A stretch of 62,197 bases of DNA, filler included, from Jimgerdemannia flammicorona (GCA_003990765.1; 3 parts of 3 records of this genome joined end to end with filler, not necessarily neighbours in it); one strand, 5' to 3'; counted from the whole stretch's first letter, positions 37,096-48,278 are shown. The notes: a model not told the origin generated them from the letters alone. Made by a program: numbers and translations.

Positions 37096-38313
37096 TTAAG
37101 AGTGGGAGGCCTTCCCCTTCCCTCTGACTTTTTTTGAAGGTGGCAAACTCGACGAATGAGAGCACACCCTGTCAGAGTGCCAGACCTTGCGGCCACAGGC
37201 TTTCGTGCAACCCTTACATTCAGGGGTACGGGGAGAGGAGGTGGAGGAGGAACCGGCGGAGGAAGCTGAAGGTGAGCGAGCAGCCGAAGGGGCAGCAGCA
37301 TGAGGAACACCACCATGGGGACAGACGGACTTGGCCGGGTGCCAGTAGGCACGGTGGAGGCAACTGGAGCAGACAGCACAAGGCCAGGCCCTGACAGGGT
37401 GAGAACCAAGTTGGCGGCCATGCTTGGGGGCAGAGGGAATGGAGGAGGAAGCCTTGGTGGGGGAGGGGGACCGGGAAGAGGCCGACGAAGCCTGGTTGGG
37501 CTTGGCGGGGATCTTGGCGGGGGTCTTGGAGGGGGCCTTGGCAGCGGCAGCAGTGAAGGAACGAACCTCAGCATGAGCAGCAGCACGAGCTTCGGCGCGG
37601 ATGGCCTCGGAGACTGAAACCTCGGGGGAGGTAGGCAGAGGAGCAGTGGCGGCGGCGCGAGCAGCGGCGGCAGTACGAGATGACTCCTGCTCATGAAGGC
37701 GAGCAACAAAAGAGGTGCCGGTGAGGAGGAAGCGATGTACAGCATCGATGTCAGCGGCGACAGAAGGAACATCTTGGATGGTGAAGCCGCAGAAGGGGGC
37801 AGCATCCAAAAGGCAAGAGGAGGCGAAGGCCATGAAAGCGGCACAGGCACATTGGAAGGAGGCGGAAGCAGTGGCGGCGGAAGCAGCGGCGGCATCAGCG
37901 GCAGCGAGCTTGGCGGCGGCAGTGGCAGTACGGACCTCTTCGGAGAGGGCTTGGCGGCGGGTCTCGGGGAGAACAGAGTAGCGGATGGCAGGCGGAGTGA
38001 CGACGTCGATGTCACGGCGGAGACGAGCCTCCTTGGCGGAGAGGGCAAGAACCGACCGGAACTGAGAGAGGAGCGGATGACCAGAAGGACAAAGGTCCAG
38101 GGGGAGGGAAAGGATGGCAGAAGAGACGTAGGTCTCGAAAGAGACAGTGGCGGGGGTGAAGGCAGGGGGAGGGGGAGGAGGAAGTACCTCATCCATAAGC
38201 TCGTCGACGAGGATGGAGGCCCCGAGGGCAGGCGGTACAGCAGAGGAGAAAGAAGGCCCAGCGGGAGCCAAGGGAGCGAACCCAGAGCCAGTGTCAAAGC
38301 AAACGGAAGACAT
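37096..38313 (-). CDS. PLE ORF1, 405 aa: Ala-rich helical region plus two C-terminal Cys/His motifs
   Basis: Intact ATG-initiated ORF whose first ~24 codons are duplicated in all three pLTR copies. Confidence 0.7.
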   Translation of the reverse strand: MSSVCFDTGSGFAPLAPAGPSFSSAVPPALGASILVDELMDEVLPPPPPPAFTPATVSFETYVSSAILSLPLDLCPSGHPLLSQFRSVLALSAKEARLRRDIDVVTPPAIRYSVLPETRRQALSEEVRTATAAAKLAAADAAAASAATASASFQCACAAFMAFASSCLLDAAPFCGFTIQDVPSVAADIDAVHRFLLTGTSFVARLHEQESSRTAAAARAAATAPLPTSPEVSVSEAIRAEARAAAHAEVRSFTAAAAKAPSKTPAKIPAKPNQASSASSRSPSPTKASSSIPSAPKHGRQLGSHPVRAWPCAVCSSCLHRAYWHPAKSVCPHGGVPHAAAPSAARSPSASSAGSSSTSSPRTPECKGCTKACGRKVWHSDRVCSHSSSLPPSKKVRGKGKASHS

Positions 38314-39173
38314 GTGGAAGAGTGTGTATAAGGAGGACGAACAAAGAACGTAACCGAAAATGCATCAGCCATTTATTGCCACATAAAAAACGTGGTCCTT
38401 ATATACAAAATATGACGTCCCAAAAGGGAGGATGCGCCACAACTCGGGGCGAACCAAATTAGGAACCACATGACCGCCGGAGATAGGCGAAGATAAAGGG
38501 GGAGCCAATCCCAGTTGTAGGATAAAAATCACAAACAAACACAAATAAAACAAATTAAACCAAATCCAAATCGAGATTAAAAAACATCTGCAGACCCTAG
38601 AGGGGTGAGCGTGAGCAAGGGGTGAGGCCGAAACGGAGCGAGCTGCAGCGAGCCCGAGCAAAGCGAGGGGCCAAAGGCAGTGGAGAGGAGTGGAGTAAGG
38701 CCGAGACCCCAGAGCGAGCACGAGACCCTGGAGGGGGCAAGGATGTTTTTTAATCTCGATTTGGATTTGGTTTGATTTGTTTTGTTTGTGTTTGTTTGTG
38801 ATTTTTATCCTGCAACTAGGATTGGCTCTCCCTTTATCTCCGCCTATCTCCGGTGGTCATGTGGTTCCTAATTCGGTTCGCCCTGAGTTGTGGCGCATCC
38901 TCCCTTTTGGGACGTCATATTTTGTATATAAGGACTGCGTTTTTTACATGGCAATAAATGGCTGATGCATTTTCGGTTACGTTCTTTGTTCATCCCCCTT
39001 ATACACGCTCTTCCATATGTCTTCTGTTCGCTTTGACACTGGCTCTGGGTTTGCTTCCTTGGTTCCTGCTGGGCCTTCTTCCTCCTCGACTTGGCAGATA
39101 GTGTAATGGGTCTGGCGGTGGCTCCATTACTCAAGAAATCGATTTCGGCATTCACGGTCACACTATGCTTCTG

Positions 39174-41235
39174 TGTAAGCGCACAACCTCCAAGCCACCG
39201 AAATTACACGTCACCCTCTGAACAAGCCACTGAAATCACACGCGATCTCCAAACAAATCTAGAAATCACCTGCTTGATCATGAAGCTGAGTCAAACCAAA
39301 GTCACAGCGCACAAAGCTGAGTCAATACAAAGTCACGGAACACAAGATCTACACAAACGGAACATTACCAATCAGGACCAAATGCATATATACTGAGCAC
39401 CGAGACGCGTCAAGTCAGAGAACCAAAACAAACAACAACCACAACTTCCAAACACACAAACATGACCACTGAGATCTACAACCGCATCCGCGCTGACATT
39501 TGGAATGCCATTGTCAACCGAGCCACACCCCCTCTGCCCCTCATGAATATCCATAGCCTGGCCCCCCTCTACTTCATGGAAGCCCGATGGAATGCCCTGA
39601 ACATGCTTAGCGAGGCCCACCAAATTGGACAAATCTCAAGCTACTACCAGATCGGCCACCTCTTGGAAGACATGGTCGAACACCACCACGATACAGACAT
39701 AACCCAGATGTCTCAACACCAGAAGCTCATCACCCGCAAACATCGAGAACTCTTCTATGAGTACAACACCTTTATTCCCCACCTCCGAGTTACTACTAGT
39801 AAAATGGTTGCTACTCTGTCCTACGGCCAAATCGATGACATGATACAAGAAATCAACCACAAGTACCTTGAGTATGTCGAAACCACAGACAGAACCTTCC
39901 CGCACCCCGATGACCATATCCTGCAAATGCCTCAAGTCATATACGCCATAAAGGACGTCTACGATATAATCCACTTCGATGAAGATGAAGCAGAAGACAA
40001 CGACCCCTCTGATGCCGACATGACCTCTAGCCAAGGATCTCTGCCAACTCTGATCACTCTGCCAACCTTGCCAATGAACCTACAACAGTTCATAACTACC
40101 TACGAAACTTATTGGGACAATGACCACTGGCACGAATACCAACCCGCATTCACCCCCGATTACTTCAACTACAATGAAGAAACCGGAGAACACAACCTGT
40201 ACCTTCAGACAACCCTCGAGATCGAACCAACCACTCCACCACCCGAGTACGAGCGACTTGAACCACAGCCACCAGCTTACTACAACCCCGCGACTCATAG
40301 TGCCATAACCTATAGAAGGTACGCAGACAGCGAATCCGATGAAAGCGAAGACAGTACACCCATCCTTCGCCCAGCAACACCTTATCCAGCATACGAAACA
40401 GATGATGCTATCCTGTGGGACGGAGATGAAGTCCCAATGTATTACTACCTCAGCCAACAAGGAGAAGTAATCCGTGAACCATTATTCCTAGACGACTACT
40501 TCATCAGAGATGATGCAATCGATGGTGATGTCATCGAGGAATACCCAGATAGCGCCTAAACCTATAAATAGTCTAGCAGTTATAGTATAGATAGATTAGC
40601 CTTGTACGACATGACTGTGAACTGACTCAGCAGTCAGACGATCTCTTGACATGTTAGATCACACTTGTACTACGTGACTGCATTCCGACTCAGCAAAGCA
40701 CTTAGTGCTACATCCATATCTAGCATAGTCCAGATAGCCCCTCACTAGTATAAATACCCCCTCACCCAGACCTCAGAATCTCAGACTCAAACACATAAGA
40801 ACATTCCTGAATACTTCCCCACAATATCCCTTCACATAACTACTCCTAGTATAGCAATATCATGAATAGCGAATAAACCTATTTCATAATCCACAAACCA
40901 CTCTTAAGTAAATCCGCTCTCTGTTAGGTCTTACTCCTAACCCTGTCACGAAATTTCCTAATTGGGTATTGTCTGCAGCGATACGCCAATTCAACTAAGC
41001 TGGCCTTAGTTTCTTGAACTTCCTGAAATACGGAAAATCCTGAACATTCAGAACTAGTCCGGAAAAGGACTTTGGTTGAGACGTCAACCGGATCTTGAAA
41101 TCAATAAGCGTAGAGGACGTACTCCATACGAAATTGATCTTGACCATAAGAAAACAGTCTTCCAGAACATCCAGAATATCCAGAAAACCCTACTAGAACT
41201 ACGTAACGGTCACCCTAAAAAGTAACCCTCTTACA
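39174..41235 (+). mobile_element. 2062-bp 5' LTR of a young LTR retrotransposon; internal region truncated at 41433
   Basis: TGTAAG...CTTACA inverted termini. The left end is confirmed by the interrupted LINE and by the old copy at 33214. TATA-like TATAAATA at ~40563 and ~40750, AATAAA at 40872; the PBS follows. Confidence 0.88.
39462..40559 (+). CDS. Intact 365-aa accessory protein encoded inside the LTR (helical N-terminal domain, acidic Pro/Tyr-rich tail)
   Basis: Uninterrupted ATG-initiated ORF with C-rich third positions; homologous motifs occur in other elements of the window. Confidence 0.8.
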   Translation: MTTEIYNRIRADIWNAIVNRATPPLPLMNIHSLAPLYFMEARWNALNMLSEAHQIGQISSYYQIGHLLEDMVEHHHDTDITQMSQHQKLITRKHRELFYEYNTFIPHLRVTTSKMVATLSYGQIDDMIQEINHKYLEYVETTDRTFPHPDDHILQMPQVIYAIKDVYDIIHFDEDEAEDNDPSDADMTSSQGSLPTLITLPTLPMNLQQFITTYETYWDNDHWHEYQPAFTPDYFNYNEETGEHNLYLQTTLEIEPTTPPPEYERLEPQPPAYYNPATHSAITYRRYADSESDESEDSTPILRPATPYPAYETDDAILWDGDEVPMYYYLSQQGEVIREPLFLDDYFIRDDAIDGDVIEEYPDSA

Positions 41236-41238
41236 ACT

Positions 41239-41250
41239 TGGTAGCAGCGG
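41239..41250 (+). promoter_or_regulatory. Primer binding site TGGTAGCAGCGG (initiator tRNA-Met-like)
   Basis: Lies 3 nt after the LTR end; TGGTAGC is complementary to the 3' end of eukaryotic iMet tRNA. Confidence 0.75.
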
Positions 41251-41433
41251 TTTACAATCCAATTCCACTTCAAGACACTTCCTCACCCCGCTACAAACCC
41301 CTCTGAGAATTCCTACAAGTTGGTATAAAGCCCAACCTCTGAACTGGAATTTATCCTGAACCATCTGACAATCTGGAGAGAATTGAACCTGACGTACAAG
41401 GACAATTTGACCTCCACACCTGCAACAAGTGGG

Positions 41434-41533
41434 NNNNNNNNNNNNNNNNNNNNNNNNNNNNNNNNNNNNNNNNNNNNTTAATTAATTAANNNNNNNNNNN
41501 NNNNNNNNNNNNNNNNNNNNNNNNNNNNNNNNN
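41434..41533. other. Artificial contig spacer (N44-TTAATTAATTAA-N44)
   Basis: Identical to the spacer at 20668-20767. Confidence 0.97.
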
Positions 41534-42079
41534 CCTTTTTCTCTTGGCTTTCTGTCACCATCCGTATAGGTGCTTCATTCATTGCGAACATTGCGTGCAA
41601 AACACTTATTTATCTTTCTATTGTCACCCATATACCTTTGAGCACTGAGTGTCAAAACACTTCCCATTTATTATATATTCTTTTATTTCTTTATTTATTT
41701 GTTTATATATTGCGCTCCAAACTCCTTTTTTTTATTTTAATTTTAATTTTTCGTTTCTGCCGCCATTCACATATACCTTTGAACATTGAGTGGCGAAGCA
41801 TTTCCCTTTTATTTATTATTATTACTTTTTTATTGCGAACATTTGTGTGCGGGCACACTATGATATTTATTTTATTTTGACTTTAGCTTTTTGCCACCCT
41901 ACATATGTACCTTGGAGCATTGGGTGTCGAAACAATTTCTTTTCATTTATTTATTCATTATTCAATTATTTATTTAGTAATTTCGCCACATTTGACATGG
42001 TAAGGTTTGAGTCATTTCATCATGGTAACTTCGCATGTGACGTTTCTAGCAAATCTCACTCCATTTCCGCTATTAACAC

Positions 42080-42990
42080 AGGACGAACATCGGCTGACAG
42101 TTCTGCGGCATAGGCTAGGACATGGTGACATTCTTGTGATAGACGCCTCCCTATAGTCTCGGTTTCTTGACTCGGTGTACATCGCAGCTACAGAATTCTG
42201 CCTATTAATGCTAGGACCTCAGCACCAAATTGCGGGCGTTGCGAACGGCATAGGCTAGGCAGGAATTGGTGTGGTCATCTTTCCGACTCTGTTTCTTCCA
42301 CTCACAGTATATCACGTTGCGAATGCTGTTACAACATCTCTACCTACTGCGAGTATGGCGTCGTCGAAGCATGCATCCCTCCATGCTGGGACTAGGACGA
42401 ACCTCGGAGGACAGTTGTGATGCAGTCAACGGAATTGGCTAGGCAGGACTTTATGAGGAGGGAAATTCAAAAAGATCGATTCACGACTTTTTTTCGTCGA
42501 TTCAGTCTGCGTCCCGTAAGGCAAAAATCTACCTATTGCTTGTGTGGCGTTGCCGAAGGAACCATGTTTCCGTGTTGTGAATAGGAGGAACCGCGGCGGA
42601 CAGTTGTGACGCTGTGAACGGCATCGGCTAGACTGGACTTTGAGGTGGAGAATTCAGGACGAAGGTTCCGACTCTGTTTCCTCCGATTCAGTGTACATCA
42701 CTTAGGGAAGCAATCTCCACCTATTGCGTGTATGGCGTTGCCGAAGGATGCATCTTCGATGTTGTGACTAGGAGGAACTGCGGCAGACCGTTGTTTCGCT
42801 ACGAATGGCACAGGGTAGGAAGGACTTCGTGAGGTGGGGAATTCAGAAAGCTAGTTTCAAGGCTTTCTACGACACTATGGCATGCCTTCTGCGAGTAAAG
42901 CGTTACGTAAGCATGCTTACTTCCACGCTGTTATCAGGAAAACATCGGTGGAGAGTTGTGGACACCGTGCACGGCTTGGGCGACATCTTT
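42080..42990. repeat. Degenerate ~188-bp tandem repeat (4-5 units)
   Basis: Core GGA(C/G)GAAC..CGG...ACAGTT...GGCTAG recurs at ~42081, 42395, 42584, 42771 and 42937. Confidence 0.7.
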
Positions 42991-43589
42991 GCTGGACCGA
43001 GGCGGCCGATTACATTCGATAATATGCTCCACGGGATGAAGTTCCTCGATGAATCATATTTTGTATTGAAGATTAAAAACGAGCGGGTAGTGTTTCCCCC
43101 AAGGATGGTGCGTGGAGGCTGCTCGGAGCATCTATTTGGACAATTGTGCGTCAACATTGGTACGTAGTGTAGAAGAGTGGATTTGGGAATCGTGACGATT
43201 TTTTGGTTTTCTGTTTTTTGTTTTTTGCTTTTTTTTGGGATACATAATTAAATTGCGAGAATTTTTTTCCAGCCATTCTGACCGTGCCAATCTTTCTTCT
43301 TTATGCAGGGCACCCGCGAGCAGTTTTCTATCGCGTGATCGTCAACCCACTCCTCGCCATTACAAAGACCTTAATTTAAACGTCGCAGGGGTAACAATAG
43401 CCTCTACTTCATTTTCCCCACAAATTTTTAATATCTTCTCCCTTTTCGTGCCCACAAAGCAGACTCAACCGAACTCGTGAAAAAACTCCGTGCATTTACA
43501 ACGCGTTACAGAACCATGACGAATTTATGCTGACGGATACAAAAAGGCTTCAAGTGACACGATTTCAGCCTACGCAAACGTCCGCATTA

Positions 43590-43810
43590 AACTAGCCGCC
43601 GCCGTGGTGCTCGTTAACCTAGCCGCCGTGGAGTTTGATAACCTAGAAGCCGTGGTGCTCGATAACCTAGCCGCCGTGGCGGTCGATATCCTAGCCGCCG
43701 TGGAGTTTGATAACCTAGCCGCCGTGGTGCTCAATAACCTAGCCGCCGTGGTGTTTGATAACCTAGCAGCCGTGGTCCTTGATAACCTAACCGCCGTGGT
43801 GCTTGATGAG
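43590..43810. repeat. 24-bp minisatellite, ~9 copies (consensus GATAACCTAGCCGCCGTGGTGCTC)
   Basis: Directly visible; reads (TTAARLSS)n on the minus strand. Confidence 0.9.
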
Positions 43811-45289
43811 TCATATTGCTTAGGATTTATGATATGATCGAGGTCGCCCTTCATTATATGAAAGAACAGGAGGCCGATGGGCATTGGCATTGTTAAATAT
43901 AGGGTTGTGCGTTGAAGAATTGGGTGTGTCGGGTTTTGGGCTCGCGATTTTTTCGCGGCTCCTGCGAAGTAATTTGTATTGCGAGATAGATAGAACGAAT
44001 ACCAATGATCTATTATGGACGTTTTTTTGTGGATTTTTGCCGTCGTTTGTGTGTGGGATCATTATGCTGCAGTCTCAACATATTTGCATGTGTCGGAAAG
44101 GCAAGCTGTGAAATTTTTGACATAACAGCAGCCCATACAATTTCTCTTCCATGTATGCCTGACCTGACAGTAATCAACAAAATAGACATGTTGGGTCGAA
44201 GTTATTTTATTTTAGAAAATTTTGGCTGCAGAAGGGAAGAAGAAATTGAAGGTCAGGGGCGCAGGCGGAATTATTCAAGTGCTAGGCTATATCAACAAAT
44301 GAACAAAGAAGACAAATAATGAGGTAATTATCGGTCACAAGCAAAACGTCAACGGCAGTCTGAGCTTCGTTTCATACGAACAGTAGTCATCAAATCTTTA
44401 ACTCGAGTATATACGTGAACCCCAAAAAGCAATCACTTCGCCAATCATCAAATCACCAGATTTTGATGCTAGCAGAAGATATTCGCTGTGGAGCATTGTA
44501 TGGCTGTTGAGTTGTGGGTAAGGTCACATGAAATAAAGTATTCAATCATTGTAATGTTGAACCAGAGGTTTGCCGCCATTGCTTAGGAGGCAGAATGACT
44601 GCTTTTGCAATATGATTCGGAATAGTAGAGGTGCGAAACGAGATGTTGCTCATTCCGATGTTGCAGACACAGAGAAGGAAATGGTATTCCATCTACTAAA
44701 CACGAGTACAAAAGTTCAACCTTTAATACTTATCTCTACCTCTTTCATTTTTTTTTTAAGCCCTGATTCGACGCAATTATATTCCTGTGCCGCTTAATGT
44801 GTAATTTGACTTTAAGGTTCTGAAAGGATCGGATGGGATAGGATCTATTTAATCACGTATATATTTGGTCAGTTTATTATTTTCGGATCGGGTTGCTTCT
44901 TATCCAAATTTCGGATATCAAACAACGATCAAACGCAGAGCTACAATTAATCACCCAGCGATTATTGAGAGTAGAATGGCAATTATTCCCAAATCAACGA
45001 GAGAAAATTAACCATCATGGCCCGGAAAACAGCAAGGGGGCCTATCATTCTGAGGCAAATATGAAACAAGGAAACGGGCAGTACAACATTTTAGTGGAAG
45101 ATATACTTTGCAGGCCGTTTTTTGTGCAAGAGCATTGGAACGTGATCCCCTTGTGGCTTATAATTGGAATTACTTTCCTACCCGCCAATGACCGGCGTAG
45201 ACAATACCTAAGCCTCCTTACATAATCTAATGGATGAAGACGACTGCTCCAATATTGAAAGTGTATTCTGTAATTCAATATATACTCAT

Positions 45290-45570
45290 TTCCTCCACAA
45301 GCTGTGCAAACTCAACTCACGAAGTCTACCTCCTTACTATGGATGATGGCTCTGATGGTATCGGCCGCTTTGCTTTCCCCATCTTCCTCCGCCTCAAGAT
45401 GGAGAGCGAGGTCGCCACCTTGAGTACCACATATCAATTCTTGTGCCCAACGTGTATGCCTAGTTTCTGTCCCCGAGAACGTCGCGGGCGCCGAGTACAT
45501 GCACCTTGAGGAGGTCGTTGCATAATGTGTCTATGGGTCATAAGCAGCAAGTACTACGCCAAGTAGTCGA
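45290..45570 (+). pseudogene. N-terminal remnant of an APH/phosphotransferase-like kinase
   Basis: EVYLLTMDDGSDGIGRFAFP...LKMESEVATL resembles the fungal APH-like N-lobe (LLTMDDG...SEVAT); frameshifted downstream. Confidence 0.55.
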
Positions 45571-46009
45571 TATCGCCTAAAATATGATTTTAAACAAAAT
45601 TTTGCCGTTTAGTTCATAAGGTGGACAGCATTTACATTGGAGGACATAGTGACACTTATTGATTTATGCCAATAGAATAGATCATATGTCATTCTCGTAT
45701 TTCGATGCCTGCCGAGCGAGATTATATGACCCACGATTCTCCCTCGCCGCTAATTCACGAATATAGAGAATAAATAACGTTATAGTGATTACATGAGATA
45801 GTAAATTCCTAGATTAAACGATATATAATAGGCACTCAATAATATAGGGAAATCTATGACAATCCGTAAGAAAAGGATTTTTTAACGACCACATAACGAA
45901 AAGTAAAATTAACACCGGGATTGCCAACTGAATAACTGCAACGAGCGACTGCCGGTGACGATTGAATGGAATCGGATAATCCGAGATCCGATACGAAATA
46001 TGTGATTAC

Positions 46010-48278
46010 TGGGAGGAGGAGGAGGAGCAAGAGGTGAGGGCTGGTGCTTAGGCCAGGGAGAGTGTGGAGGATGTGGAGATGAGGGGCATGCACAGGGTAT
46101 GGTTTGGGGTGCTTGACATGGTGCAGGGGGGGCATTTGGTTGGGGTCACTGAGGAGGAGCTGCAGGATGTTCAGAAAGAGGAGTGGAACAAGTTGGCAAG
46201 TGCTGGTGCTGATGTCACAATGAGGGGGAAGGGGAGACCTGAGATCCCTGGGGGGAAGAATATCAGTAACTTGTGCTAGATGAGTATGATGGTGAATAAT
46301 ATAGCTGCAGAGGAGCTGGGGGAATTGGACTTGAGGATTGTTAGTGAGGATCACTGGGCAAGGGTACTGCAGAGTGATGGACTTGTGGAGAAGCTGAAGG
46401 AAGAGGTGTTTGCTGTATTCCTGAAGGAGGAAGATTATGAGGTTGATATAGTAAGAGAAGCTGAATTAGTGACAGCTGCTGGAGAACATACTGTCTTCTA
46501 GAGGAAGCAACAGTATAGATTACAGCTTTGGCAGGAGGTATGTGCAGAATATTGAGAGAAGATAGAGAAAAAGGATAATTAGATATAGGCCAAGATACTA
46601 GCTAGATTAGAGACTAGAAAGGTTGAGGAGGAGGAGGCTATTGCAGAATACAGTCTGAAGTTGTCTCAGAAGGAGATGAGTGTGGAACTGTGAGAGCATT
46701 GGGAATGCTATATACTATTATCTTCTTATGAATAGTATAACCAACATTTGCTTACTAAATGTAAATGGGCTGAGGGGCTCTAGAGGTATAGAAATATTTT
46801 TGCTTAGCTGAGGGAATTGGATGCAGATCTTTTTCTGTTATAGGATATATGCTGTAAGGGAGACTTAGATTGTCAGAAGTGTGGGGCTACATGGTAGTAT
46901 ATAGGGGCAAGATCAGGATTCTGGTGCAAAAGGGCTGAGAAGATCTTTGTGAGATTGGAGATTGGGGAGAATCTTTGGTTTAGAAGAAGTAGCAGAGACC
47001 TGAGTGGGAGCCAGTGATTTTCAGCTCTTGTTATTGTTCAATAGTTAGAGAGAAATGAGTAGAGTAGATGGATTGTCTTTGTAAGTATGGAGCACTTGCT
47101 AAGGCTAGTGTTGATATACTTAGTAGAGATTTCAACATAGTGCAGAATGTGCTTTAGACAGAACTGTTGAAGAGAGAAGTGCTGGAGACAGAAGTAGCAG
47201 TCAGGATATCTGGGAGAAGATAGGGTATCTAAGTTCTTTAGTAGATACTGGCAGGGTATTGTGGGGGGACAGATAGGTTTACACTTACTAGATAAATAGA
47301 CTTAGAATGAGGATTGACTAGATACTAACTGCTGACTTCTGGGGGATAGTTGTCTAAGTGGATCTGGAGGTAAAGTAGTGCCCATGATCAGATCATTGGA
47401 TCTTAATTCATCTTTACTGGTAGAGCTAGAGTTATGGGAGGCTTAAGTGGTAGACATAAGATCAAATATTGTTTACTGGAATCACAATGAGTTCTCTGTG
47501 GAGATCTGTAGAGTAAAGTTGAAGAAGACTGCTAGGGTGTCCTGAACTGAGACTGATAGGTTTTAAGAGATATAGCAAAGTTAGAGAGTGAGGTGGGCTT
47601 CTTGTAGATTAGAAAGATTACAATTATAATGAGCCAATATATTGAACCAGGCTTAGTGATATAGTGAAAATAATTCGGGAGCTTCTGATCACAAAGGTGA
47701 AAGGAGCAGTATTAGTAAAGTTTTTGAATAGACTAGAAGGAGTAGAGGTGGGCTTTGAGAAAGAGGAGTTAATATTGAGAGCATTGGAGAAAGAAGTATT
47801 AGTGAGAGGGATGGTGATATCTATATCTTGGTGCTTGTGCTGAGACCTCTAAGTAATATAGCTGATAGTAGTGAATATGCCTATAGTGAAGAAGGAGGAG
47901 GCCATGGGGCTGATTGTTAATATTATCAAGGAGTATAGAGATATAGTATATGTTGGATTCTGGGTCTAGGAAGGTATTGAGTTTAGGACTAGAGATATGG
48001 ATATTAGAGTTAGACTGACTGGTAAAAAGAATACTGAGAAAGGATGAGATGGGCTGGCTATACTTAAGTGGGAGTCAGTAGAGTGCAAGTTCTCAAGGGT
48101 ATACCAGAGGAGAAGAAGGACTTTCTGGAGATGCTGGAGAATCTGGCTAGAGTAGTGGAGAAGAGATAGTTGGTCTAGAAGGAGTTTGAGGCTAAGATGA
48201 TGGTAGAGATTGTGAATGGTAAGAGAGTATAACTGGATTGGGTGGCCTGGGAGAGGGCTCAAGGGAGGCAGCATTGGA
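46010..48278 (+). mobile_element. Two stacked degenerate LINE fragments (ORF1 end plus APE endonuclease from ATG 46728; a second ORF1 fragment from ~47640)
   Basis: NICLLNVNG, ELDADLFLL, RID and DQIIG remnants; homologous to 55450-57100 and 19900-20600. Confidence 0.8.

Larger units (their letters stand above)
34573..39088 (-). mobile_element. Penelope-like retroelement lacking GIY-YIG endonuclease, with direct pseudo-LTRs and a 5' inverted partial pLTR
   Basis: Direct repeats 34573-35085 and ~38243-38754, plus an inverted copy at ~38742-39088. PLE RT motifs LSLGLRF, DKNQG, YALPKVHK, RPI, DFSSFYTAI, GIAMGTNCAPTLANL, YIDD, FLDL and SNHP. Confidence 0.88.
34079..39173 (+). mobile_element. LINE 5' end/ORF1, split by the Penelope-like element (34573-39088) and cut at 39173 by a young LTR element
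   Basis: 34079-34572 and 39089-39173 join to match 19356-19961. Confidence 0.85.

Noticed and set aside
37020..38372. Long overlapping ORFs (450 aa minus, 359 aa at 35716-36795, 212 aa plus)
   Set aside because: These are shadow frames of stop-poor, compositionally skewed PLE sequence. The motif-bearing frames are ORF1 (37096-38313) and the RT frame.
38940..38990. CTGATG in the pLTR as a hammerhead ribozyme core
   Set aside because: It reads CTGATGC rather than CTGANGA, and no properly placed GAAA or stems follow.
43590..43810. Possible CRISPR-like array
   Set aside because: The 24-bp units are contiguous with no unique spacers, there are no cas genes, and the context is eukaryotic. It is a minisatellite.
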